Assembly: GCA_000934665.2 (NCBI GenBank)
Contig: JYFJ02001319.1
Coordinates: 1-64,000, forward strand
DNA length: 64,000 nt
Source: Catajapyx aquilonaris
Lineage: Eukaryota
Direction of reading: 5' to 3'
The translations under genes and the position numbers were made by a program. This document shows, piece by piece, positions 51,582 through 64,000 of the stretch. How positions within the stretch are numbered: the stretch's first letter is position 1; each line of letters begins with the position of its first letter. The notes beneath the pieces are model-generated. The model saw nothing but the letters and a program-made list of their open reading frames with translations. It searched no databases and was not told the origin of the DNA.

Positions 51582-54579
51582 CTGAGGACAAAGAAAACAG
51601 GAGGCTGTAGAAAATGGCTGCCCGAAAAACAAATTCTCATCAAATCACCATCGAGTGTCCATAGATCGGGTGCTCTTTCAGGCTCTTAAAATATTACCAG
51701 ACCATTTTTTGTGTGTGTAAAATATCCAGTACATGAAAACTGGGGTCAAATGTGAATCGCAACTATCCAACAAGCATGTCCGCAAAATGTCGCGTCCTTT
51801 TACACAAAAAAGTGTCGCGCCCCAGGAACACAGGCCTGGGGTGAATAATTCAGCGAATCCCTTCGGATGTGAACAGATTAGTTTGGTGATGTGGATGTCT
51901 CCATGCCAACGGCGGGCTCTTCCTGACAAGCGTCGGCGCAACATTGCTTTTTTTTGGTGGGGGGGGGGGGTTGACGAGAGAGGGGAGGCGACGCCCCTCC
52001 GTCGTCGTCGTCGCGACGCTTGCTCTCTTCACGCAACCTGACTCATTGATTCCTATTTTCCGCCGAATAACTTTTTTTTTTCCTCCCTAAGAAAATTCTT
52101 TTTTCTTCAGATAAATCCCGGGGTAGACCCCCAAGTGACCCTTTTCGATACTTAGACCGGGTTTTGGATTTTTATTATGAGCGCTGGGGGTTTCACTTGA
52201 TAGCAGCCAATTGAAATGCCGTCCGTCGCGTGACAAGGATCGGAGGGCGGAGGACCTTTTTGGGGATAAATGCTGGCCTGGGAGTTGGGGAGTGGAAAAC
52301 ACGAAGGAAAAAAGGGACAAGAAGAAGAGGAGGAACCATTATCTTAAGAATAATTCCACCATTTCAAACTCGGCTCTTGGGGGGGTTCAAAATCCGGGCA
52401 CTTCTCTGTGGGAAAAAGCGTTTATTTCTGGAAAATAGTGTTTTTTTAAAAAATTGGGCATGACAATAGGTGGGGTGGGACTGGGGGAGAAAATGTGGGT
52501 TTGTTTACATCCGTGTCCCTGGAGTCCCCAAGCGGCATCAGAAAAATATCTATGCACGCATCTATATACAATTCAGTCGGCGTCAGCTGTACCCGGTAAC
52601 CTATCACTTATTCGCGCTGATAGCCATCCTAGAATTACTATTTACGAAAAAGTTCGCCGACCCGGAGCCTAGGCGGCCACGAGAGCATAATTCATAATGC
52701 CATCGTAAATAGGGGCGTTGCCTACAATTTGCGAAATGTTACACGCACTTAAATCCTTGCGACAATACTTTTTAAAATAAAAAAAAACAGTTGTCCTTGG
52801 AACATGCAGAAAAATAAGAATCGGCGGCGAAAGCATGTATATTCGTGCAAGTTACAACCCCGAGATGCATTATAAAACCGAAACCTTTTGTCTCCGGTAA
52901 TTCGGAATGAAAAGGGTGGCATTACTTCCCCCTGCGTGAATAACTTCTTGCAGGAGGCCCCTCCTGCGTGAGAAAACATGCAAATCCCATGCAGCTCACT
53001 GGTCCAGGGACTTTATTAAATTCGGCGGGGCTTGGTAAATTACTTGCTTATTCTTCGGGAGATGCGCCAGCAAAAGCAGCGCTTCCTTGCCACCGCGGTA
53101 ATTAGGCCTAATTACGCCCCAGCCAATCCCCTCAAGCCAGCAAGTCGTTTTCCCAGACCCGTATATACCAAAGGCCCCTACCGATCCTCAATTAATCCCG
53201 CCGACTGCATGTGACATGTGTAATTGCGAACAATTAGGGCCAATTTCCCAGGCTTGCAAGTGCATGGCTCCTTGATCCTGTGCTTGTAATTTCCTTGTAA
53301 AAGACCTGGCCTCACATCCTGAGGAGCATGAGGAAGGGGGAAAAACTAAATGGCCAAAAAAAAAAAAGTGTGCGTGGTCGCACGCACTCAATTGCACGCA
53401 TCGATATATCACATATATCTAGCCCATCTCCCTCCTGGTATAAACCATACCTGTCCGTAAGGTAATTTTTGCCCTAGTGAAACTAATGTTACTCGCTCTC
53501 AACTCGCAAGCTGACGTCAACCGGATAAATATCGGGTTGAACCCCGGTTATTTCGCTGCGCTTGCTCTTCAGATAATTCGCCATTTTGCCACTCTGGGAG
53601 TCCCTAATGATGGCCTTTGGTTCGTCGCAGCGAGTAAACGCTCTTCAGATATTGTTCTTAACCCATTGGATTGGGCACTGACCGAAACCGCATTGGTGAC
53701 ACGGGTTGTGTCCTGATGTGGGTTATGGACAGAAGCCGAATCTGGGGAGTGATGTGGGGAGGAGGAAAATGTGAAAAAGGCAGGCTGGCGTGTAAGCGCC
53801 ATGGTTTGGATCGCACGCGATCTGGAAAAAAGGGCTATGCAGCTAGGCCAACGCAAATGGCCTCCGTTCACGGGATTGATTCCTACCCGGGGACTTGGGG
53901 ATATTCCGCTTTTTTCTCCAAAAATTATATTGTGTCTATCCAATAGACTCCACGGATTGGGAATACAAGACAAACTTGATCCCATTTGCATATATCTAAA
54001 ATGTAAGTAGGTCTGGGACCACTTGCGACACTTCCTGAATCGGCTTTGTGTTTGATGGGGTGTCATGTCGTGGCCGTTTCTCCCCAAGGACCTAGTCATC
54101 GAGCAACCCTAATTATATAGATTGAATTTCAGTCACCAAGTGGGGGGGCTCTATAACTTACGTAACTTGTGGTTAAAACAACATGAAGGATTTGTGCCAA
54201 TAATGAGAGAAAATACACAGCTGTGTCGTGGCATGCACGGAGAACACGAGAAAACTTGTTACTTACGTGTATCACGCTTTGGTATAGTCCATAAATAAAA
54301 CAAGCGCATCAACTACATGTACAGTACTTGCCAGCAAACATGATATAAGATTATTACCCGAGAAAATACAAGTGTCTATGGGCGCCACTGCTGCAGGTTA
54401 TTAAAAATATTCAGTGCCACAGAAAGCCGTTGCATGGGTAATGTAATTACAACACTTATTATGAAGCGTATCGATACACAAGTACAAATGAGGAAACTTT
54501 GCTTACAGTGTAGCAGCAGTAGTATTACAATACAGTTTTGTCTTGTAATTACAATGCTCCATTACAGGCCATTGCTAAA

Positions 54580-54700
54580 TTTCGGTTTCACTGCATGCCT
54601 CAAGGGTCATTGTGTTAGGGAAATAAGGAAGGGTACAACCGGCGCCTTCCCATGTGGGGTATCCGGTCCTGGAATTGAATCAGGGCCCTCTGGATCTTCA
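54580..54700 (-). mobile_element. Degenerate tRNA-SINE-like fragment
   Basis: Minus strand reads GATCCAGAGGGCCCTGATTCAATTCCAGG, a decayed B-box stem context (cf. GGGTTCGATTCCC). No A box or TSD found. Confidence 0.3.
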
Positions 54701-55769
54701 TTAACCATAGTATATAGCCTACGGATTATAGCTGTTCACACGTATATTCACTTTGCTGGATTGCATGTGTACTGCGTGGCATCTTTATGCGTGGGTCATT
54801 ACTTGAGTTACGCAAGTGGTTTCCAAATGACTGGCAGGTCTGTTCCATTACTTTATCAGTAATGGACTAGCTAACGATACTGCCACATATGCATGACATT
54901 GTTGTAACATAGTTGGACACGGTTGTGAGATAATAATCTCTACCTCTAGGGAGCACGTGTATTATACTTGAGGCCATTACTTAGTTTACTTACAGAAAAA
55001 CATTATGGATCCAGACGTACCATCGTATTTCAATAATTTAGTACGTTATACAGAAAACATGAAACCAATACTTCAACCATGTTTGAAGTCTGTTAATTTT
55101 CTGGGCATGAATCTGGTGTACCCTTCTAAAAATAAACAATGTTCCTGACCCTCAGTGAGGATTACTCTTATTAGGAGTATACCCACACTACAGGTCATAA
55201 TGGGGTCGTTGGGGTTGAGCCCCACCACCATCATCCCACAGCAAGGTCCCCCCCCCCCCCACCTTTATCATCATATAATCTTGGGCTGCAGCATATTGCA
55301 AGTTCATAAAATGCAAGCGTGTGAAGAAGTGTTACATTTTCTAACACAGAGTCTGACACCATAGCAGCATAAAAGTTATTCCTCAGAGGTCAGGACTTAA
55401 CATGATCCCATCATATGTTTATATTCTTTTTCGTATAAAGGTGCATTATCACTCATATACTTGTAGCGAAGTAAAAAGAGACACATGGGGATTAATTCAG
55501 GCTCTTCTGAAGAACAAAAAATTCATAATCTACCAATTTATATGCTACACACGCTCTCATTACTTGACTTCCTCGCTATGTCAATGCAGCTGGCTAGGTT
55601 TTTATGAGAGCTGCTTAAAATAATATGAACCTTATTGCGTTCAGACCATGCCTCACATTTTGCAGCCAATTTTCTGCTGTATAGCGTTTTATTTAATGAC
55701 CATGCAGCATGTATGTTGACAATACGTGTTGATTACACCTTCATGCCTAATAAACACTAATGGGCCTTG

Positions 55770-56050
55770 TTAAATTCGGAATCGAATTGATTCGAGAATT
55801 GCACCGTCCCGGTGAAAGGAATTGAATTGAGGGCAGCTTAATTCACTGCAGAATGGGACGTGAATTGAATGGAAATATATACAGCAAGAGAACTAATTAT
55901 ATAGAATGGGACGAATTGAAAAATGAAAAGCGAATTAAATTGAATTTCATTGAATCGTGCAGAATTCAAGTTGAATTGGAATGAAATTGCATGAAAAACT
56001 ACGCGGGTAATTGAATTGAGTCGATTCATCATCAAATTAATTGTGCTAAT
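55770..56050. repeat. Degenerate (GAATT)n pentamer repeat tract
   Basis: Repeated GAATT/GAATTG/GAATG words (ggaattgaattga, tgaattgaatgga, gaattaaattgaattt); AGAATGGGACG occurs twice (~55850 and ~55903). Confidence 0.75.
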
Positions 56051-56418
56051 TTCCACTAATAAATTATTTTCATAAACCGGTATATCAATTCTACATACCG
56101 GTACTAATTAAGTCGAATAAACTGTGAAACCAGTGGTGGTTTCATCGCGCTTATACGTAGTTAACAACAGAATAGAACTGGTGTTAATAATCAATCCGAG
56201 TTTAATAACGTAGGCAGCTTTTGACATATTTTATATCATAAATTTTTTACACAAAGGCAATAAGCTATTCAACATACAAGTTGAAGGATAAAAAATACTA
56301 AAGGGCGATTTACACTGAAATGTAGGCGTCATGGAATATAAAGATGAAAATGAATTCAGGGCTAAACTGAGCATTAACTTATTTTATTTACATAAAACTA
56401 CGAATAGCATTAATACGA

Positions 56419-56468
<50 letters not shown>
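56419..56468. repeat. (TAT)n microsatellite, about 17 units
   Basis: Perfect tattattat run, directly visible. Confidence 0.97.
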
Positions 56469-56471
<3 letters not shown>

Positions 56472-57448
56472 TCAGCGAACGATACAACAGCTTGGAGTAA
56501 ACTCTAAAGCGTCTTTGTTTACTTATGACAACAAAGCTGAAATCCTACCCTATAACTTACACTGTACATAATGTGCAAAAATGGTAGAAGTCGTCATATT
56601 CGCCGGGCGCCTCTTCCCGCCACTCAAAACTATCTGCTGGTCATCTTTCTCTGCATATTATGTGACTTAATGTACACTACATTTACACAGCCCTTTATAA
56701 TTTATACGATCACATGGGGATTATCCGCCGAGCATTCTTTTGTGTTTGACATTGGTGAAATGATGACAGTGAAAAATCCAGCACCCATTGTAGCTTTTGC
56801 CTTATAGTCGCTGCGGCGGTTTTGACAATGCTGGAACCACCGAGTCTATAGAAGCAATAGAAATAGTACTTTTCTTACACTCACCCCTCTTTGATGTGAA
56901 AGCACTATTTAAGTGTGCCCCGCCGGCGAAAGGCAGAGAGCATTATCATATAAGTATATAACATACTGGCCCTGTCTACTTTGCCCGCGACATGGTCTGA
57001 GGCCAGAAGGAAGTTGTATACAAACAGACAAACTAACTTACGCAACATGACGCTTGTTCTACATATAGAGTTATTTTAGGATTGTGGATGTAGGTCTAAT
57101 AAAACATTAAAGGGCTGCAGGTTAAACAGCAATAACTTAGCTGCCATGTAGATCTCCGGGTTACAGAATATAGAGAACCACAGCAAAATACTTTTTGTGT
57201 AGAAACTAAGTTACTTTCGTGCACTTGACAAGCTGCTGGCATGAATACATAACACGTAAATCTTTATTATTATTTAAATTTCTATAAAACGAATTTGCCT
57301 CATTTATATTATCAACAAACGCTGGTGGTGAAGGAAATTTAGGAAATGTTACAGCGGAAAATAAACAGCAACTAAGAAGTATGACATGAAGTACAGGTAA
57401 TGTTGTTTTTAGGCATGGCTCTTCTTGGATGCGTATTACAGACCAATG

Positions 57449-57792
57449 GGGAGGCGGAGTGGTGCTGCGGTAACGTACGCGCCCACGGATGTTAAGGTCC
57501 CGGGTTCGATCCCAACCCGGGGACACCCCCTTCATCTCGTGCAGAGTTCATTGGGTCACCTCTGGCTTCGTCTCGGGTGGTATTTCCAACAGACTAAACC
57601 ACCCGGGGGAGTTCACTAAAAATGGCCACATTAAGACATTGCACTGCACCTTGCACATCCCCTCCTGTCATCCTGCCCGTGGGCCCGGGCGCTTCAATAA
57701 TTAGGTTCCAAATATGTACATCGTACAAATAAAGGTCCGTGCTACATGCCGAGAAGGCCAAGCACTACCCGGATATATATTATATATTATAA
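57449..57792 (+). mobile_element. Full-length tRNA-derived SINE (~344 bp) in an intron of the Iroquois gene, antisense to the gene
   Basis: Pol III A box TGGTGCTGCGG (57460-57470), B box GGTTCGATCCC (57503-57513), AT-rich tail ATATATATTATATATTATAA, and a perfect 15-bp target-site duplication TATTACAGACCAATG at 57434-57448 and 57793-57807. Confidence 0.9.
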
Positions 57793-59672
57793 TATTACAG
57801 ACCAATGAATCACCGGCGGATTGCTAAAACAGAATGCCGTTTTACTTGAAAGAGACAAGCTCCTTGCACTTCTATGCTTCTTTGAGTTCAATAAATAATG
57901 ATAATTCAAAAGCCATAATGTGTACAAGATTTTATGTCTACATGGTCTTTTCATAAGCATTAACTTTCAGCAAACGCCATGCACCCCACATTTCTCTCCG
58001 CAGTTTCCCGACAATAATTCCATAAATTTTAAAAACATTGCCTGACATATTTCACCGTGTCGGGCGAGGCACAAACTCTGAATCTCAAGCGGCTGAATCC
58101 GTGTACGTCGCCATAAGTAACTATGCCTTGCCCTTCATGAGTAGTCAAGTGAAACAAATTCATCTCAGATCTTGTAACTTTTTATTAATTTCGTAATTTT
58201 TTTAGGCCAGCTGCAAAATAACATGGCCACTTCTATATACGAAAGACAAATAGGCCCATCCTCTTACATTAATATGACGCAAGATTAAGTCCAAATATCT
58301 CAAGCAGCTGTCTTTATAGGCTTTACAGGCCCACCGTGCCTGTCAGGCTCGGCTCAAAATTTGGTCCCATCGAAAGAGGTCCAGATGGGCAATAATCCTC
58401 GAGGCGCAAGAGCCCGGCAAAGGAAGTGCGAAAAGAGCTGTCCAGCAGCAATTGCAGAGCAGCCGAAGAAGAGACGGACATCACTTGTCCATTAAAAGGT
58501 TTAAGGGGCTCTCTCGCGTCCCTTCAAGCCCTGGGCCATCGGACGCTATATCCCTGCACTTTATGTAGCAGCCGGACCCAACTCTCATGCAGAGAATTTA
58601 CGATCCTCCAAAGCATCGTCCTCTAATCGCCAAGTGCTGCCTGTCCTTGTCCTCAGGATGGTAGGCCCACCCAGGGCTCTGTCATACCCAGCTATTTTTA
58701 TGCTCCGATCATCCCACATTAGCTGCCATGAATTCATTGATAACCTAAAAACGACCCGGTCCTCAAACCAGCTCCCAAGATACTGAGGAATGAACCCAAT
58801 TAAAGAAGGTGTCTCCGAGTCCATGTCATTAATACTGTCCAACCAACAAAAAAAAATGTAAGGAAAAAGTCAAAGTCTATCGGGCCTTGACTCGCATCAT
58901 GCACACGTGTCGAGGGAAACGACTTTGAAGGGAGGGACGATGGCCTGTTCACACTGCCCCTGACCACGCAGACTGCGATATCTTGGCCTCTTGCCCCATT
59001 TATAACCGCACCCAATAACTCGTGCGCAATTGCACTCGCTGCACTGACAGACAACAGAAGGCTCAGAGGCCTAATATGTAAAATACGAGCGCCGATAAGG
59101 ACATCGAGGTCAGCTTGTTTATGACAGGAAAAAGTCACGGAAACGATTGAATGTGACAAATCTGACAAAGGCCGGCAAAGAGAAGGAATCAAACTTGGGC
59201 GAGAGGCCCTACATCAATTTGGCTGTGCCCCGCAGCTTGTTTACTGCTGAGGGTGCTGCTTATCCCGGGATGTCAGCACGGGTCAAGGGGCGCGAAGCAA
59301 ATTAGTAGGGGATTGCGTTCGCCTCGTGCTTTCCCCGATTCATTCGTCAGCAATGTTTTTTTCATACGCCAGCATACCGATATCAGGGACATGTTAGTGA
59401 CCCGATAAAAGTTTATTGGTGAATTTTTCCTATGACAGTTTCGCAGCCAAACCAGATAGGTGCTGCGTATAACAGGTGGCGCCTACGTGTCGCCAGAATG
59501 ACCTGAAAATATGTCCTTTGCATTTTTAAGGTGTTTTCTCTCTATTGGCATCCTGGAAGAAAGTAGTCCCCAGCATGCGGCTTGAAACATATCCATCCGC
59601 CAAGATGCACTGCGGCAAAGTAATCCCACGGCGGATTTTCCAAAATGTTGATTTAATGGAACATGTACTCAC

Positions 59673-59960
59673 CAGGGGTGAATAGAAGGCGGAGCTGTCC
59701 ACTCCGATGCTTGGGTACGGGTTCTGGTCCGTGGAAGGGTACGGGGTGGTGTAGCTGAGGCCGACTCCGGAGGTGGACAGCCTCGGGTAGGAGGAGAGGG
59801 CCAGCCTTGCAGAGTCGTACTGGCATGAGCATACGGTCTGTCCGGACACGGGGTCCGTCACGATGGGCCGGCCATTCTCGCAGCAAGAGGTGGCCGTCGG
59901 TGGCGGCGGCGGAGGTGGCGCCCCGGTGCCCGCCCCTGCTGCCCCGCTGGCCACCAGCAG
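59673..59960 (-). CDS. ara/caup: Iroquois (araucan/caupolican-like) homeobox gene, internal coding exon A (first exon visible in the window; start codon exon is outside)
   Basis: Acceptor ttgtccttcctcag| at 59961 and donor |GTGAGT at 59672-59667; 288 nt, phase 0/0. Encodes LLVASG...CCENGRPIVTDPVSGQTVCSCQYDSARLALSSYPRL...DQNPYPSIGVDSSAFYSPL, the cysteine-containing N-terminal motif characteristic of insect Ara/Caup proteins. Confidence 0.93.
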
Positions 59961-62900
59961 CTGAGGAAGGACAAGCAAATAAAAAAGAGGGTCAGAGGTG
60001 AAGTCGCAGCAGCTCGCCACTCTTTTGTAAGCAGTGCACGTCCGTCCTCCTTTCTCCTTATCTAGGTATGCTCCGAGAGGGGAAACAATGCTCAGACAAA
60101 ACTGTTTCTGGCACGTATGAAAACACCGCTGATTTGCATCTTAAGCAGTGTTCCACCTCGCTTCAAACAAAACACTCTAATCGCCCGAGGTTTTTCAGGC
60201 AATACATACACGAAAGGGGATTATTCGCCGTGGGAATCGCTACATCCACATACACCGCCTTTTAGTTACGGAACACTTGCTCCCTGGAGCATTCATGAAG
60301 ATCCCAATTGTCTCCCGCCAACTGTGAAATTCCGCATTATTTACATAAGCCAAATGTGACATCTTAAATAGCCAATTTCTTCGGTCACAGAAGGATTCGC
60401 CTATTTGATGTATCTAGCAACCCGAATTACAAGCCTTCTGGCCACGGTGTTGATTCTGGGTCGTTTAAACGGCGATGACAAATGCCTGAAGTGGTCCGAA
60501 TAAAGCGGGGTGGCTTGGTGAAATGGGACCGGGGCCTTGATGAGGGGAAATGGCGGCCCAACCCCAAATGGCGCTGGTGGCCCACCAACGAGTGCGGGAG
60601 GTTACGGTGCAAAGATGGGTGTTGGTCGGACCCCCCCCTCGCCCAAACACCATCTGCCACGAAGGGTAAACCCTCCCTGCCTAGTTTACGAGCTTCCCTA
60701 ACGCCCGGGGACTCCCCAAAATATAACCAAAATAATAATCCCCACAGTGCTACCCGCCTTTTAATTGGCCTCGTTTTGCAGCGACAATGCGCAATTTTTA
60801 CAACACCATTGTTTTGGAACTCTTTTTAATTTTTTTTCCTCTACAACTAGCTGTTGGCGAAGGGGTTATGAAGTTAAGGGGGGTGTTCAGGCGGAATGCT
60901 GGCGGGCACATGAGAAGGAAATAAATGTTGAGGGGGATCTCTTTACGAGGAGCCATCTTCTCCGCCCAGGGCCTCCAGGGGAAACGATTGGCCGCCTGGA
61001 TTAGGCCCAAATGACGTGATGATTGCACCTCGATAACAGCCAAGGCGGAACCCTTTTCCCCAGCTTACACTTCACCAGACATATCAGTCTCATAAATGAT
61101 GAAAATGCCCCGTCCTGCACTGGAAAAAATCGGGGGGCCCTCTTTTCTGCAAATAAACAAGCCAACTTCAGGAGGAATCGAAACTCCGGTTAAATCAACC
61201 ATTCCACCCAGAACGCTAGGTGAGGTCATATCTCAGGTTATAAAACTTTGAAATGGACTTTTTCTTATAAAAAAGGAGAAGAATCCAGGATTGTTTACAA
61301 CCACTTTAGCTACTAAACAACGTAATAAAGTTCGCCTTATAAACATTGAATGCAAGATTTTGGGATGTACGGTTATCTCCTTAATTTTGTGACTCGTACT
61401 ATATAATTTTTACGCAAATGGCCTGCGCCTCGGCAACACAGAAAATCAACCCATTCGTGTGTTCTTATCGCATTTTGGAAGATTATTGATGGCGTTTTAG
61501 TGCCACGAACAGTTTGCAAAACGCAGTGAAACATTTGTTATTATTTGTTACAGTTTAACGGTGGACACTTGACTATATACAGTGTCAAACTGTTACAAGT
61601 ATGTTGCTAACATTGAAAGCAACTAATGCTGAATTATTAATACAGCGATGTCACATTGGTGACTCGTCCTGGGTGGATTGAATATCAGTCTTGGTGCAAT
61701 ATTACAGGCCTGTAGTAGACTGTAGGCGTGCGAGGCCATTAATATCTCAGTAGAAACGATTCCTTCATAAGCCTATTACGCCTCCTTATTGATCTCATAT
61801 AGAAAATAGGTGTAATACCAGTCATTTTTGCTGTCTTGCAGATGCCATAATTATACCGCAGATGGTACCCCATTCTCGTAGCATTTTGCCGAGTTCATTC
61901 CGCAAAATGTTGCATGAAGGCCACTTCTTGTTAATCATAACCAGGAGCCTACAAGTGGCAATGAATAATTTAATTTCTTTCGCGCACTTGGGTCTTCCTT
62001 TTTGCGGTTTCTATTTGAGGAATTCGCTTCGTGCATATGCCTCACAGTATGCGGGTACCTATTAAACATAAAGATTAGATAGCAGGTCTTTAGATTCGCG
62101 TTATCTTGGACGAGTTTCATATGGTTACTTGCCACGGACACTCTCAACTATCTCGATTCACCCACACCGACAAGAAAGGTTGCAAAGAGCACTCTCACTA
62201 TATAGGCCTACTCAATATTTGCCAAATAGTGATACATGTGTGCAGCACGTTTTTGGTCTGATGCCTACGTAACTACTTTCTTGCATGGTAATGAATCACC
62301 CCGCACTGTCAACTATCGCAATTTCACTGTCACGAGGGATGAATTATGTGTATAAATAATCCGCCTGAAATAAAATTATTCCATTGTATAATGCAATTTC
62401 AGGTTAGACAACTGCTGCAAGGGGCGGTGGAGCTGATCCCTCAAAAACTGCTCTACCACTTGTGTACACAACATATTAAAAGCAAGTCAGTGGTAAGTTG
62501 TGCTTCAGTTCTCTAGAACTGTTTGTATATTAATAATTCAAAACTATTTTTGATAGGTATCCTACATACCTATATCCAAATGCCACAGCATGCACTCATC
62601 ATCTCATCATCGTAATAGTTATTTTCTCTGACGCATTCCTTTAGAACAGTTGCATGTGGCTTCAGTTGAACATGAAATCATTTCTTCACTATATGAGTAC
62701 TTAAAAAATATTGCACACGTGCATTTGGCTATTCCGAGCCTGATTTTTAAGTGTTAGAATTTCCCCAATTTTGCGAAGCTAAATTTCGTAGGCCAAAAAC
62801 AACAAAGATGTTTAACAGGTGTACTATCCTCTGCCCTGAGAGCGGAAAGGGTGGAGCGGGAGACCTCTACAAAAATTTAAAAACCTAAAACTTGCGTTTT

Positions 62901-64000
62901 ATTAAAATTTGATCAGGGAAAACTACCCCCATCCCCAGCCAGCCGTTACTGATTGTGAGTGTATTCCACCACCAGACCAGCAGACAGTGATTTAGTGTTG
63001 GCTCACACGCTGAATGCCACATGAACATAACTCATAGGCCTAACGATTGAATTGTAATTTATATAACAGAATGGCTACTCACTAAATCTCAATATGCAGT
63101 TTCTCATACATACAATAACTATCAGCATACCGATTATTTATGTGCTGCAATTTAGATAGTAGGCCTGCAAGTCACAATAATGCCCACTGTGCATATGATT
63201 TACTGACAAAATTAAGAACTGATTTGTCTTATGTTAGTATGCTAGGGGCATATGCAGGCCTATGTAACGGTGCCGAATAGTGAGACGGAAAGATGGCTCA
63301 GTTTCTCTTCCTAAATTCCGGACGAAATTCATTTCCAGAGCGCGGGAAAGCAGGCAAGGAATTCGGGGTCACCGCCTCGTGTCAAAGTGCATTTTACTGT
63401 CATAAAGTCAACATCCCATGCGATATGATCGGTTACGGACGCCATTTTGGATTTTGCGCTATACGCATGGCCAATCCACCTCGGCCTGGCGGATCATGTC
63501 TGCACGCATTGCGCAAGGCCTGCGCCCTAAAACCGAATGACAGACTTGCTGTGACGGAACACACTCATATGTGAAATGGGAGGAACATCCCATTCGCTGA
63601 TTCACAATCATATTGCATCTGTAGGCTATATAAATCCCTTGCAAAATTTCGCCATATAATCATTCCGATTGGCCTAATTAAAGTAATTTTACCTTGCTGA
63701 ATTGCACAATGAATAATCCTGTGACTCTTACATCATCTAAAGTTTAATACCGTCAATTTCCTGCAGCCTACCAATTAATTCTGCAATTCAAAACTGTTAC
63801 CATTTTCCTCAACAAAGTCATATCTCTGAATAAGAATAGCGGTACCCTCAAATTTTCTCAAAAACACTTACGCAACCCCCGACGACAGTTTCTTCTCTGC
63901 TAATGCTACTGGAAAGATTACCGAAATTGCGTTTAGGTAATTGAGATAAAGCGAAGCAGGGGGAAACTCGGGAACGAAAAGACATAACGGAAATCACAAC

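Noticed and set aside
57449..57525. tRNA gene
   Set aside because: A and B boxes are present, but the anticodon and acceptor stems do not pair properly. It continues into a 270-bp body with a tail and TSD, so it is a SINE.
59961..64000. First exon or promoter of the Iroquois gene
   Set aside because: No convincing ATG exon with a phase-0 donor or core promoter found; it probably lies beyond the window. The ORF-track start at 60020 is intronic.

Overview
Eukaryotic, very likely arthropod (insect-like) genomic DNA. The only protein-coding gene I can support is a minus-strand TALE-class Iroquois homeobox gene of the araucan/caupolican type. Five exons can be reconstructed with canonical GT-AG junctions and consistent phases (59960-59673, 51581-51463, 45953-45616, 45515-45107, 45020-44466). 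The first exon and promoter lie beyond the right edge. The gene appears to have two possible 3' ends: a stop codon inside the last splice donor followed by AATAAA, or a distal terminal exon starting at 40799. The remaining ~40 kb downstream and the large introns form a gene desert of GC-richer, homeodomain-site-rich islands (candidate enhancers) alternating with AT-rich spacers. The spacers hold non-autonomous transposons: a Tc1/mariner-like MITE carrying CTCF-like motifs, a TIR element with an internal ~190-bp tandem array, and an intact tRNA-derived SINE with a 15-bp TSD. The least explained signals are a roughly 15-fold excess of the palindrome TAGGCCTA, a cluster of CTCF-like motifs at the left end, and two nearly loop-less palindromes. 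I see no evidence for a new protein-coding system; almost all ORF-track entries are spurious. The G/C-homopolymer-rich stretches at 1-2700 and around the N-gap at 32708 may be low-quality sequence.
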